This document shows, piece by piece, positions 25,131 to 34,527 of a stretch of DNA of 64,000 bases. The position numbers and the translations under genes are program-made. The notes beneath the pieces are model-generated. The model did not search any database, was not told where the DNA came from, and was given only the letters and a program-made list of their open reading frames with translations. The stretch is from a virus (Duplodnaviria; Heunggongvirae; Uroviricota; Caudoviricetes). Within the stretch, counting starts at the first letter, position 1; the number at the start of each line of letters is the position of its first letter. Where the stretch lies: IMG/VR virus record IMGVR_UViG_3300032665_000013; one strand, 5' to 3'.

Positions 25131-26206
25131 TTTATATTTCCTTTCCAATCAACTAGTTTAAAAGAGCATCCATTAAACTTAGCGTTTCTTTTTGAATAAC
25201 TATTATATGTGCCTTCTTTGATGGCTATGTTCCATACCCCTTCAGTGCATCTATGTTCTCTCAAAAATGAACCTTTATTACCACAAAAGGTAAACAAAAG
25301 ATTGTCTACCGGGGAATAGCATTCTATTTTCTTGTCAGTAGCCTTCATGTGAATACTAGGATCATACTCATCGCAGTTGATATTCACAAACTTATTCAGT
25401 TCTTTAATAAAGACTGTGACCATCCCCTTTGTTGTTCCATGATCAGGTTTCCTATTTTCTTTGGACGCCAGTGTTGAGTATCTATCCTTATTATGGTAAT
25501 ATTCTTCGGTTGTTACATGACATATTTTATCAGTGAAGGAGTCTTTTACAGTAACCTTACCTGCATGAATGCCATTAAGTTCATGATTGTCTTCTGTAGT
25601 TGCATATCTTCGCATTCCAGCATCATCTATTACTTTCCCTCCAAACACCTTAACATGAACACTAGGATCAAACATGCTAACTGGCATGGAACTTGTTTCT
25701 CCTGTTTCAATAACTCGTACACTAACTTTGCCAGACGATGCGGTGCGATATAGATGTTTATTGTTTCGGTATTCCTCTACGGAAACTCTACAAACACCAC
25801 CAGATGATATTTTTATAACCCGAACACTGTTGCTAGTAGGATAAGCATGAATAGTAGAATCAAACTCATCTTTTGGAATCCTGAAATAAGTTGAATCTTC
25901 TAGCAATCTAACAACAACCGTATTTTTAGTATTCCACCCTCTGCCTCCGGATATTATATTATAAGTATCTACCCTTTTCACGAAATCTTCATTTACAAGT
26001 TCCGCTTCTTTGTTATTCATCTCATCAAACGAATCATACATGTATAATATGCGTCTGCTAAACGCATGAACACCGTATTTTAACAAGGCATTAGTAAAAC
26101 GAGTCCCGGAACCAAGATATCCATCATCAATGTTGGTAGTAGAATGCTGTCCAACATATATCATACCATTGATAGTATTTGTAGTTTCGTATATAATATA
26201 AAACAT
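25127..26206 (-). mobile_element. free-standing GIY-YIG homing endonuclease gene inserted inside nadV
   Basis: MFYIIYETTNTINGMIYVGQHS...GYLGSG. TGA stop overlaps the ATG of the nadV C-half (ATGA). Start 35 nt after the nadV N-half stop. Confidence 0.85.
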
Positions 26207-26240
26207 TTTTAAGTATGCTCCATTGCAGTAACACACTTAT

Positions 26241-26945
26241 TTAGTCCTTTTGGTGACTTGCACTTATAGAATGTTCGCTAGCAGGAATACTAAAACCAGC
26301 CATATCAGCACCATAATACCGACGAGCATACAAAAGAGCTTCGATAGTGTCAGTACCCATGAAGTTGATAAGATGGGCAGATCCGCCAATTCCAGCAGAT
26401 TCCAAACTAGATACGCCACGAGCGCCGAAATCGTGCAATTTAAAATTAATATCAGCGGGTGTGCCAGTATGTTCAAGAGCATCCAAAATCACCTTCTTAA
26501 TTTCACGACTATTGGTTGCTACTGTTGTAGGATACCAAATCGAACGAAGAATAGCAGTTTCAAGAAAACTTGTCAACCAATAACATTTTGGATCTGTGTT
26601 GATGATAGTCGCCAACACATTACGAACAGGAATAACCATTCCCTCTGGAACTGCCTTAATATGAACAGGAAGGCAACCATTATGAGCATGAAGAATATAT
26701 TCCCATCCTTCACGGTTAAATGGTTCACCATGGGCAGTAATAATGGCCTCAGCTTCATCAATCATGTCTTGGGTAATAGGTGCAAGCAAGTATTCCTTGA
26801 TAAATGCTTGGAGGCCAAAAAATACGGTTTCATCATACTTTCCACCCCTACTCTCGATATAACTGTAGATATATTCGGTGTTAGGAGGATATTGATTGAA
26901 CTGGCTGTACTTATACGAATCTGCGTTAAGAATAATATTTTTCAT
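26241..26945 (-). CDS. nadV: nicotinamide phosphoribosyltransferase NadV/NAMPT, N-terminal half
   Basis: ILNADSYKYSQFNQYPPNTEYIYSY, IKAVPEGMVIP, INTDPKCYWLTSFLETAILRSIWYPTTVATNSREIKK, KLHDFGARGVSS are near-identical in pattern to NAMPT residues 10-245. Ends at HQKD where NAMPT continues. Confidence 0.9.
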   Translation of the reverse strand: MKNIILNADSYKYSQFNQYPPNTEYIYSYIESRGGKYDETVFFGLQAFIKEYLLAPITQDMIDEAEAIITAHGEPFNREGWEYILHAHNGCLPVHIKAVPEGMVIPVRNVLATIINTDPKCYWLTSFLETAILRSIWYPTTVATNSREIKKVILDALEHTGTPADINFKLHDFGARGVSSLESAGIGGSAHLINFMGTDTIEALLYARRYYGADMAGFSIPASEHSISASHQKD

Positions 26946-26998
26946 AGTAGCAAAACTCCTTTGCTTGTTAATGATCTTGGTCTGTCCTAGATCAGTCG

Positions 26999-27313
26999 TT
27001 ATTTAGGCGAAAACTTAAAAACCGCATCATAATTTTCATTCCATCCGGGAGAATCATATACTACAGTCCAACCCTGTTGTCTATAAATTTCTTCAATATC
27101 AAGATAATTATTTTCGAATATTTCTACTCGTGTCATCCCAGATTTAATGAGCTTTTCTATAATTGTATTTTGAGAAATTGTAAATGGTCTATTATTAAAT
27201 TCCTTAACAATTAACTCATTAACAGTTTCGATAACAATTTGAGGAATATAATGGACTTTACTAGATAAAGCTTCTTTTGGTGAAATAGGAAGTATATGTC
27301 TAGATGTTACCAT
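26999..27313 (-). CDS. hypothetical protein
   Basis: 104 aa ORF. Confidence 0.45.
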   Translation of the reverse strand: MVTSRHILPISPKEALSSKVHYIPQIVIETVNELIVKEFNNRPFTISQNTIIEKLIKSGMTRVEIFENNYLDIEEIYRQQGWTVVYDSPGWNENYDAVFKFSPK

Positions 27314-27795
27314 TATTCAAACTCCACTAAAGTTACCGAGCCTCCTTGCTCTGTTATCACCTTAGCAAAATCTTCTAGCATAGTCAAGATACGATTTTTA
27401 TCTCCACCAGCAAGACCCATTCCGATATAAGGAAATCCAAATCTAGCTTTACTAAGTGTAGTAAGCTTCTTTAGAATAAGATAGAAGCTCTCATACTCGA
27501 AATGATCAATGCCACGAGGCGTATAGTGGACCTGAGTGTATGCATTGATCACGATGAAATTAAAAGTTGTATACGAGCTAAAGTTGCCAAGCTTAGCGAC
27601 AGGATTCTTCCACTGTTGAGATGCCAAACAATCAGCATCATATGCACCCGGATATCTTGCACGAATTTCCTTGGCAATGCCCCCTGCCATTGTGTTTTGA
27701 CAGTTGCAACCATGTACGATAACATCAAACTCACCTTGTTCGGCAAGATCAATAAGGTTTCCTTTGGTATGTTTAAGCATTGTTCTGACTTTCAA
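27313..27795 (-). CDS. macro-domain protein (ADP-ribose binding/processing)
   Basis: GNLIDLAEQGEFDVIVHGCNCQNTMAGGIAKEI fits the macro domain N-terminal signature (G.I......DAIVN.AN..L..GGGV..AI). Confidence 0.6.
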   Translation of the reverse strand: MKVRTMLKHTKGNLIDLAEQGEFDVIVHGCNCQNTMAGGIAKEIRARYPGAYDADCLASQQWKNPVAKLGNFSSYTTFNFIVINAYTQVHYTPRGIDHFEYESFYLILKKLTTLSKARFGFPYIGMGLAGGDKNRILTMLEDFAKVITEQGGSVTLVEFE

Positions 27796-27967
27796 TTTTT
27801 CGAATTTTCGGCTTCATATTTTCATAAATTATATGACGACAAGCGGCTAATGAAAATGGGTTGTAAGGAACAAAACATCCTCCTGAACCATCATCATTCA
27901 GCGACCATCTAGAACAAAATTCTATACAATCACATTCAACACGATCTGTTGTTTTATCATTTATCAT
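27773..27967 (-). CDS. small Cys-rich protein
   Basis: 64 aa with CDC...C...C...C pattern. Confidence 0.3.
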   Translation of the reverse strand: MINDKTTDRVECDCIEFCSRWSLNDDGSGGCFVPYNPFSLAACRHIIYENMKPKIRKIESQNNA

Positions 27968-28012
27968 AAAATTTATCCCAAATTGCGTTTCGGAATCGAA
28001 TATGGTGGTAAA

Positions 28013-28318
28013 TTATATTCGATTCCGAACCTCATCATCCCATTTGCAAAAGGTTTTGTATTTCTTAGTAGACTGTTCTACAATTGCGATCGATTGAGAA
28101 AAATTGAAATTATTGGCGACAAAGTAATTCAAAGCAGCGTATACGTCACCGATTTCTTCGATAAACTTTTCATTAAGATCGCCAGACCAATGATCAGTCT
28201 TGCCTTCAGATCCAATCAGCTTTCCGCAAACTTGTTGCAGTTCACCCAATTCTTCGATCAGCTTGGACAACCCGTTCCATTCGCTTGATCCTATACAATA
28301 TGGTTTAGTCATGGCCAA
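28013..28318 (-). CDS. mazG: MazG-like nucleotide pyrophosphohydrolase domain protein
   Basis: LIEELGELQQ...EEIGDVYAAL matches the EExGE...EExGD MazG core. Confidence 0.5.
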   Translation of the reverse strand: MAMTKPYCIGSSEWNGLSKLIEELGELQQVCGKLIGSEGKTDHWSGDLNEKFIEEIGDVYAALNYFVANNFNFSQSIAIVEQSTKKYKTFCKWDDEVRNRI

Positions 28319-28653
28319 TCCTGCGCTTTCTTACGTTCAAATTCACGTAGCATTTTAGCATTTTTTTGTTTTAAACGAATGCTTCTTTCATATTCTTTAT
28401 CCATATTAATAAAAAATTTCTTTTCCTCACATGTTAGATCTATGTTGAATAGAGTATCTCTATCTGCTAAAATTGCGCCTCTCGTCAATGTTACAGTTTT
28501 CCAGAAGAATCCATAAACACAAACACGCCAATTATCGTTTATATTACGAATTCTATCTTTATTGACATAATAGCTCGTTTCATGCCAATTATCCCATAAG
28601 ATATCATATCCCTCATTTTTAATTTGGTTTATAACAAATTGTGCAAATCTCAT
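28309..28653 (-). CDS. hypothetical protein
   Basis: 114 aa ORF. Confidence 0.45.
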   Translation of the reverse strand: MRFAQFVINQIKNEGYDILWDNWHETSYYVNKDRIRNINDNWRVCVYGFFWKTVTLTRGAILADRDTLFNIDLTCEEKKFFINMDKEYERSIRLKQKNAKMLREFERKKAQDWP

Positions 28654-28908
28654 TTTTCTATCCTTTATTCACATATCTAATTCAAGCTAAACCAAAGATA
28701 TCTGTTGGTATACTCGTTATAGATATCAATGCCTTCCTTTAACTTATATAATGTAAGTCTTTTATCTGGAAGCTTACGAGTTATAATAGCTTTAAGTTTA
28801 AAATAATCTAAATCTGACATTACTCGACCTTATCTAATATATCAAGAATTTCTTTTTCAGTTGCCTCATCATCATTATAATCTTCGTTAATAAACTTAAC
28901 TGGATCAC

Positions 28909-29145
28909 CTATCTTAAATTTATTAATTTGTTCTTGTAGAAAAGTATATATATCAATGGTGATAAAATATCACTAGAACCATAATAATTACTTTTCTGTA
29001 ATATCTTTTTACGTAAATCACATGTAGTATAAGCTTCTATTTTATCTCTTACATTTCTAGTCTCATTATAAAATTCTACCATCAATTTTTCAGTATTAGA
29101 ATCTATTAATACTTTGAATAACTTATCTTGGAACTTAATATACAT
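28909..29145 (-). CDS. hypothetical protein
   Basis: 78 aa ORF in an AT-rich stretch holding several short minus-strand ORFs. Confidence 0.3.
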   Translation of the reverse strand: MYIKFQDKLFKVLIDSNTEKLMVEFYNETRNVRDKIEAYTTCDLRKKILQKSNYYGSSDILSPLIYILFYKNKLINLR

Positions 29146-29205
29146 AATTAATCACCTTAATAATTTACTTCATAAATACATTAACTAATCTTTAATTTAT
29201 AACGA

Positions 29206-29517
29206 TCAGTTAGACTTTTCAGTTAAACTGCAAACTGAATCAATATTGTCTGTTTCAATAAGCTGCCATCCATTATATGCATTCCAAATAGCAAATCTTC
29301 CATCAAACTGTCCTCCATGTAATTTTTGTATTTTCGTATCTCCACAAATTTTAACTATTGTGGAAGATACAGGTAACTTATATTGTTCTTCCACAGTTTC
29401 ATTTTCATTTCCAGCTAGATTACGATATGGGGGATTGCCGATGTAATACCCAGAAGAGGCGTCATCATCACAACCAGAAAGAGTTAAACATATTAATATC
29501 ATAATAAAGTATTTCAT
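29206..29517 (-). CDS. lipoprotein (lipobox LSGC)
   Basis: MKYFIMILICLTLSGCDD. Confidence 0.5.
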   Translation of the reverse strand: MKYFIMILICLTLSGCDDDASSGYYIGNPPYRNLAGNENETVEEQYKLPVSSTIVKICGDTKIQKLHGGQFDGRFAIWNAYNGWQLIETDNIDSVCSLTEKSN

Positions 29518-29566
29518 AACTAATTCCTTAATAATTTACTACTGCTTGTCCAATTTTTAAATTTAT

Positions 29567-30052
29567 TCATGGCAATGTTTCCGGGTAATAATGTGTTTCA
29601 ACCACATTTTTGCATCTATCACATAAGCCAGTTTCATTGTCAACAATTTTATATCGTTTCCAACACCTAGGGCATTTTAGATCTAAATTTATAAAATGTA
29701 ATGCGCCGAGTTTAACTTCGCCACAATTAGCAATATTACAATCGGAAGGAAAGATTCCTGATGGTATACAGACGATATCTTCAATACTAGCTCCTCTGCC
29801 TACAATATCAGACAGTTCGCCAGATTGATTATCCATATCGAGCATAATAGCTACATCAAACATATTGGTATAAAATATCCATCCAATATCTTCAGCCTTT
29901 GTAATTTTATTTTGCTTTCTGATATTCATGTCTAATTTGCTCGCTGCGTTATCAATTAAATCTCGCAATATTTTCTTCACATCAAATTCATGAAATTCAA
30001 TATCTTGATGTTTGTCCATCAAATTAGTATCAGTGTCAAAAAGTAGACGCAT
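29567..30052 (-). CDS. hypothetical protein with C-terminal zinc ribbon
   Basis: CPRCW...CDRC. Confidence 0.45.
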   Translation of the reverse strand: MRLLFDTDTNLMDKHQDIEFHEFDVKKILRDLIDNAASKLDMNIRKQNKITKAEDIGWIFYTNMFDVAIMLDMDNQSGELSDIVGRGASIEDIVCIPSGIFPSDCNIANCGEVKLGALHFINLDLKCPRCWKRYKIVDNETGLCDRCKNVVETHYYPETLP

Positions 30053-30055
30053 ATA

Positions 30056-31153
30056 TCATACTCCTAGGAAGAAATTGATAATATGAAAATGATCATCAAA
30101 AAGCATATCTTCACGAAGTTCCCCGATAGGGATCCACTTTGCTTTTTCAGCATCATCCGCACCTTTGACCTTAGGCAATTTTACATCATCTGTCAACTTG
30201 AAATGGGCAGCATGAGTGATAACCCTACCCAAAGTAGATCGATGCACATCATCGAACACATGTTCGCCTACTTGACAACCACGGATAACCTTTTCAGGAA
30301 CCTTAATAAGAGTTTCTTCCTTAAGTTCACGAAGGATACCATCGGATATACGTTCATCCATCTCTAAATGGCCTCCCGGAAGTGCCCACAGCCCCTTTCC
30401 CGGCTCACTGCGGCGCTTTACCAACAGAATATGCCCAGATTGCTCTACAACAGCATCTACAGTAACATGTTTAACTGGATATGGTGCAGCTGCCCATGAT
30501 TTCTTATATGCCTTTACGTGGACCAATTCCGACTTCAATTGGTCATACTCTGAGGTATGAATAAATCGGTCAAAGAGAAATTGTGCGCTCTCCTTAGGAA
30601 GAAGAGAATCTTGGACTTCCCATTTATGTAACCGTCCTTCAAGAAATCCTTCACGAATATTAGTTGCATGAATATCTCCATGAACATCCACATTCACGGA
30701 TTCCCATTGGGGGAACAATTTAAGATAATATGAAGAATGATCTTTAGAGGCTCCAATCAAGCCTACTTTGGCATCAGCAGTTCCATGAAGATGAAATCCA
30801 CCCTCATTAATGATATCAAGAGTTACATTATTAGCAATATCTTGAATTTGCTTAACCCACGCACTATCATTGTAAAGCTTATCATATAGAGGCTTAATAA
30901 TAAGGCGACTGTTAGCAGTTTCTGTGGAATATCCAAATGGAATCCCTACATGATCTGAGAATACCTCAGAAATAACATTTTCTCGCTCTTGAAATGTAAA
31001 GGGGGTACGAATTGTACGTGCTTTACCAGCAGATCCAACCAAAACCAAGACATTTCTTGATTTCTCTAAAGCGGTTTGGATAACCTTGACATGGCCAAGG
31101 TGAAGAGGACTAAATCGCCCAATAAAAACCAATAGGTCAAATTCTTTATTCAT
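30056..31153 (-). CDS. natV: bifunctional NMN adenylyltransferase (NadM type) plus Nudix hydrolase, NatV-like
   Basis: N-terminal LVFIGRFSPLHLGHV (GRFQP.H.GH). C-terminal Nudix box GLWALPGGHLEMDERISDGILRELKEETLI. Confidence 0.85.
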   Translation of the reverse strand: MNKEFDLLVFIGRFSPLHLGHVKVIQTALEKSRNVLVLVGSAGKARTIRTPFTFQERENVISEVFSDHVGIPFGYSTETANSRLIIKPLYDKLYNDSAWVKQIQDIANNVTLDIINEGGFHLHGTADAKVGLIGASKDHSSYYLKLFPQWESVNVDVHGDIHATNIREGFLEGRLHKWEVQDSLLPKESAQFLFDRFIHTSEYDQLKSELVHVKAYKKSWAAAPYPVKHVTVDAVVEQSGHILLVKRRSEPGKGLWALPGGHLEMDERISDGILRELKEETLIKVPEKVIRGCQVGEHVFDDVHRSTLGRVITHAAHFKLTDDVKLPKVKGADDAEKAKWIPIGELREDMLFDDHFHIINFFLGV

Positions 31154-31213
31154 AGCTCAAAACTCCTTTGAGTAATTATGCAAAGAGTCTATCTCTAAGC
31201 ATCGGTATTTATA

Positions 31214-31522
31214 TTAGCAAGAATGCTCTCTTAATACGATTCCAACCTTTGTCTGAATATATTGACAATCATATTTATTATCTTGAATTATATTCATATC
31301 GTCAGTAGTTTTATCTCCATCTGTCCGATATCCAATTACCAATCCATCATTTGATGGTGGTGTTGAAGTAGATGTATCGACAGGAACATCAGTTTCGCTG
31401 GTAGTAGGTATTCCTGTATCGACTTGAGATGTATTAATTTTATTATGTTTACCAGATTGCCCACCTTGGGCTTCGCATCCTGATAGCAAACATATCGCAA
31501 TAATGCAAGATAAAAGTTTCAT
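31214..31522 (-). CDS. lipoprotein (lipobox LSGC)
   Basis: MKLLSCIIAICLLSGCEA. Confidence 0.5.
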   Translation of the reverse strand: MKLLSCIIAICLLSGCEAQGGQSGKHNKINTSQVDTGIPTTSETDVPVDTSTSTPPSNDGLVIGYRTDGDKTTDDMNIIQDNKYDCQYIQTKVGIVLREHSC

Positions 31523-31568
31523 ATTATAATCCTAAAAAATGGAGGGGATTTCTCCCCTCCAAATTCAA

Positions 31569-32423
31569 TTAGTTGCTAGGAAGCTGGATCATATTGGATG
31601 CATTGCCTGCAACATAAGTTGGCAAATGACCATCCCACTTTTCCAGATACTTTTGCTTCAGAATGTTGGGATTCGCTTCTAGAGCTTGTGCCTCGATCTG
31701 GGTAGCCTTAGCATCACCTGTAGCCTTAGCTACTCGTGCTTCTGCATCAGCCTTGGCAGTTGCGACATTAGCTTCAGCTGCCAGAGCTTGCTGTTGGTTA
31801 GTGATCTTTTGATTGATCTGTGCCATAACAGCCTGAGGAACACGAGGACCGCCAGCCCAATAAAGCTGCTCTACAACCAAACCACGGTCGTTGAAAAACT
31901 TCTGAACATCAACCTGAGTTCGTGCCAAAAGCTCTCCCTTCTTAGCACCATAGATATCTTCAATGCTCATTGCAGAGGCTTGATTAATCAAAGCTCCACG
32001 AATTTCATTGCGAAGTGGTCCAGCAATGATATCGTCCATATCCATACGATAGTTTGTATACAACTTAGGAGCCTTAGATGGATCCACATGGTATGCTACA
32101 CCAATATCTGCTGTAGCACTCATACCGTTACTATCGTTGAACTGAAATTCCTCGTTAACATTATTCCCTTCATTGGAAGAAGCTGTCCAAACATAAGTAT
32201 GAGTCGATACAGGATACTCATAAATCGAAGTGCCTAGTCCGGTAAAATAAGTACCAATTCCCTTAGGATCTGGATCTACACCGGCATTAGAACCCCATGA
32301 GGTAACTTGGATACCCACGTTACCCGGAGCAACCCTCGAACACGCACCAAGACTGACAGCGCAAACGCTAAGCAAAATAATATCACGAATCTTCATTATT
32401 AACATCTTCCTTTTGATTGACAA
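31569..32423 (-). CDS. SPFH/band-7 (stomatin/prohibitin-like) lipoprotein
   Basis: Lipobox SLGAC, then SPFH-like core with Ala/Gln-rich coiled-coil tail. Confidence 0.6.
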   Translation of the reverse strand: MSIKRKMLIMKIRDIILLSVCAVSLGACSRVAPGNVGIQVTSWGSNAGVDPDPKGIGTYFTGLGTSIYEYPVSTHTYVWTASSNEGNNVNEEFQFNDSNGMSATADIGVAYHVDPSKAPKLYTNYRMDMDDIIAGPLRNEIRGALINQASAMSIEDIYGAKKGELLARTQVDVQKFFNDRGLVVEQLYWAGGPRVPQAVMAQINQKITNQQQALAAEANVATAKADAEARVAKATGDAKATQIEAQALEANPNILKQKYLEKWDGHLPTYVAGNASNMIQLPSN

Positions 32424-32613
32424 CTGGCATTATTGCCGCTGCTCGTTTAAATACGATGGAAATAACCCATACAATAATCGATACCATCAATACGATTAGT
32501 GCAATTCCGACATCATCATGAGCATTAAACAAAAACTGAATAGTCTTTGGTATCAAGATGAATACACCAAATATAATAAATGGCCATTTAGCCACATTTA
32601 AAAAAGATTTCAA
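32383..32613 (-). CDS. small membrane protein
   Basis: Two TM helices. Confidence 0.4.
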   Translation of the reverse strand: MKSFLNVAKWPFIIFGVFILIPKTIQFLFNAHDDVGIALIVLMVSIIVWVISIVFKRAAAIMPVVNQKEDVNNEDS

Positions 32614-32846
32614 GACTTTTTCCCCTTAGATTTTGCAATAAGAAATCCAATAGTTGGAAATATTGCAATAAACCACACTATGGATAATGCCACACTGGAT
32701 AACAAATATCCAAAAACCTTTTCTCCATCGATTTCTGTAGTCCTACTACGACTAAAGGTATCGAACACTTGAAAATCTTTACCATATGCCAAATAACCTC
32801 GAATAATGAGAGTTACTATTGCTCCCAATATATAAAGTTCACACAT
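32610..32846 (-). CDS. small membrane protein
   Basis: Two TM helices. ATGA coupling. Confidence 0.4.
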   Translation of the reverse strand: MCELYILGAIVTLIIRGYLAYGKDFQVFDTFSRSRTTEIDGEKVFGYLLSSVALSIVWFIAIFPTIGFLIAKSKGKKS

Positions 32847-33276
32847 TCTTTTTTTCCTTTAAGAGTTTAGCAATTTTCTTTCCCATTGTAAATACAATTA
32901 TAGCTGGAATGACCATAATAATTATAGGCCATGCCAAAGAGCTTATAATGAGAAGTAAAGTGCATTTAAGAAGCATATCCTCGTCAAGTTCCCCATTTTT
33001 ATAATAAAAAGGTGTGGGATCAGATTGGTACGCAAACCCTATTATTCCAATAATCAAAAAGAATATAAGTAATGCACATACGAAATATATAAACATATTG
33101 GTTTTCCTATGAGGGAAGAAGGGGGGGTGGTAAATCCACCCCCTAGTTAAATTAGGCAGCTTCTGCCATTTCCATAGCAATGTTTGCAGCTTGGATCTTA
33201 CGATTCTGGTTTGCACCAAACCAAGCGGATTGAAGACGGCTTTCAGTCGAACGACCAAGGATGTGATCAGTGGCAT
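32839..33276 (-). CDS. membrane protein
   Basis: Three hydrophobic helices. Confidence 0.4.
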   Translation of the reverse strand: MPLITSLVVRLKAVFNPLGLVQTRIVRSKLQTLLWKWQKLPNLTRGWIYHPPFFPHRKTNMFIYFVCALLIFFLIIGIIGFAYQSDPTPFYYKNGELDEDMLLKCTLLLIISSLAWPIIIMVIPAIIVFTMGKKIAKLLKEKKNV

Positions 33277-34117
33277 AAGTCACTGCATTAAATGCCTGCC
33301 ACCATGTGCCACGACCAAATTCTGCACCGGGCTGACTCTCTAGTGCTTCGTATACGGTACGAGCTGGACGGCTGGCCAGTTCACCCTCTTCAGCCTTAGC
33401 ATTGCTGACAGCTGGGAAAATACGGTTAAAGTATTCAACAATGGTTTCATTGGTGAAACGCTTGCTAGACAGATATTCAGCCATTTCCTTATACTTAGCA
33501 AGCTTCTCCTTCGAAATACCGAGGGCTTCCTTTGCAAGATCAGCATTAAACTGGCTACGATGACCAGCTGAGAACCGAGAAGTAAACGAGGAACCCATTG
33601 CCATTGCAAGAGTATTAGCACAGACTACCCGGATAGGAGTAAAACGGATTTCAATCGACTTACCATACTGATGCGGGTTAGAAAAAAGAAGAAATCCTTC
33701 AACTCGATCATGACCAAGAATTTCAAACGATTCATTGATCTTGGCAAGTGCCCATACATTACGACCATCGTTCAAGGAACCTGCGGTATTCATTTCCATA
33801 TCACCAGCAGCGACAAAATCATTAAAGAAATTAAACGCTTCGCTGTTTTGAACAGGATTCCAATCCTTACCAACAACATCCAAAATACGATTATCAGAAG
33901 TGCGAACCAACGCCGACTTTGCGTTAACTCGAATGGTTTCACCATTTACATGGGTGAAAAGAGGAGTCTTCGCAACTTCCCAATCCAAGCCAGCAGCCTG
34001 CATAATCTGTTCAGGAGTCAAATCAGCCGGAACCTTAGTACCCAGACCGTGCCAAGGCAATTCACCAGCCCAAGCCATCTGTGCTTCACCATTTACCATT
34101 TCAAGTGCATGTGCCAT
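33152..34117 (-). CDS. DUF932-like phage/plasmid-related protein
   Basis: Start placed at MAHALEMVNG with AAAGGAAAA SD. Resembles the TIGR03299-type family by general pattern only. Confidence 0.4.
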   Translation of the reverse strand: MAHALEMVNGEAQMAWAGELPWHGLGTKVPADLTPEQIMQAAGLDWEVAKTPLFTHVNGETIRVNAKSALVRTSDNRILDVVGKDWNPVQNSEAFNFFNDFVAAGDMEMNTAGSLNDGRNVWALAKINESFEILGHDRVEGFLLFSNPHQYGKSIEIRFTPIRVVCANTLAMAMGSSFTSRFSAGHRSQFNADLAKEALGISKEKLAKYKEMAEYLSSKRFTNETIVEYFNRIFPAVSNAKAEEGELASRPARTVYEALESQPGAEFGRGTWWQAFNAVTYATDHILGRSTESRLQSAWFGANQNRKIQAANIAMEMAEAA

Positions 34118-34158
34118 AATATATTTTCCTTTTAACCAGAGCAGTCCATCCGCTCTTG

Positions 34159-34206
34159 ATGTGACTCTTATACCCCCAACAGATATAAGAGTCAACATCT
34201 TTTTTC
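34159..34206 (-). promoter_or_regulatory. 15-bp inverted repeat in the 5' region of gene 33152..34117
   Basis: gatgtgactcttata...tataagagtcaacatc flanked by an A-run and a T-run. Confidence 0.35.
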
Positions 34207-34226
34207 AAAAAAGTGCAATTATTTTA

Positions 34227-34511
34227 TCAACCCTGTCGAGAACCCGGATTTGTGTACTTCTCCTTACGAGGAGATGCATTAAATTCATTTTGACGGGATG
34301 TTAGCTTGGTAAGAACTCGCCGCATAGTACGGCCACCGGGGAACTTCTTCCCAGACCGTGTACGAGCGGGTTTAGTGTTGTTTACTCCAACCCTGCGACC
34401 GTTTACCAAAATATGGATAGACTGATCTTTCGTATCACTAGGAACGCCTAGAAGATCTTGACGAGTCTTTGAAGTCATACAAGCAATTTGAATAGAAGAT
34501 AGATTATTCAT
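34227..34511 (-). CDS. small basic protein
   Basis: Arg/Lys-rich 94 aa. Confidence 0.4.
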   Translation of the reverse strand: MNNLSSIQIACMTSKTRQDLLGVPSDTKDQSIHILVNGRRVGVNNTKPARTRSGKKFPGGRTMRRVLTKLTSRQNEFNASPRKEKYTNPGSRQG

Positions 34512-34527
34512 AATATAATTTCCTTTA

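Noticed and set aside
25127-26240. Group I intron carrying the GIY-YIG ORF inside nadV
   Set aside because: Only 35 nt separate the N-half stop from the endonuclease start, and the endonuclease stop overlaps the C-half ATG. There is no space for P1-P9 core structure, and both halves have their own start/stop and SD. A free-standing endonuclease insertion fits better.
26250-26990. 246-aa plus-strand ORF
   Set aside because: It is antisense to the nadV N-half, which has unambiguous NAMPT homology. Long antisense ORFs are expected in AT-rich coding DNA.
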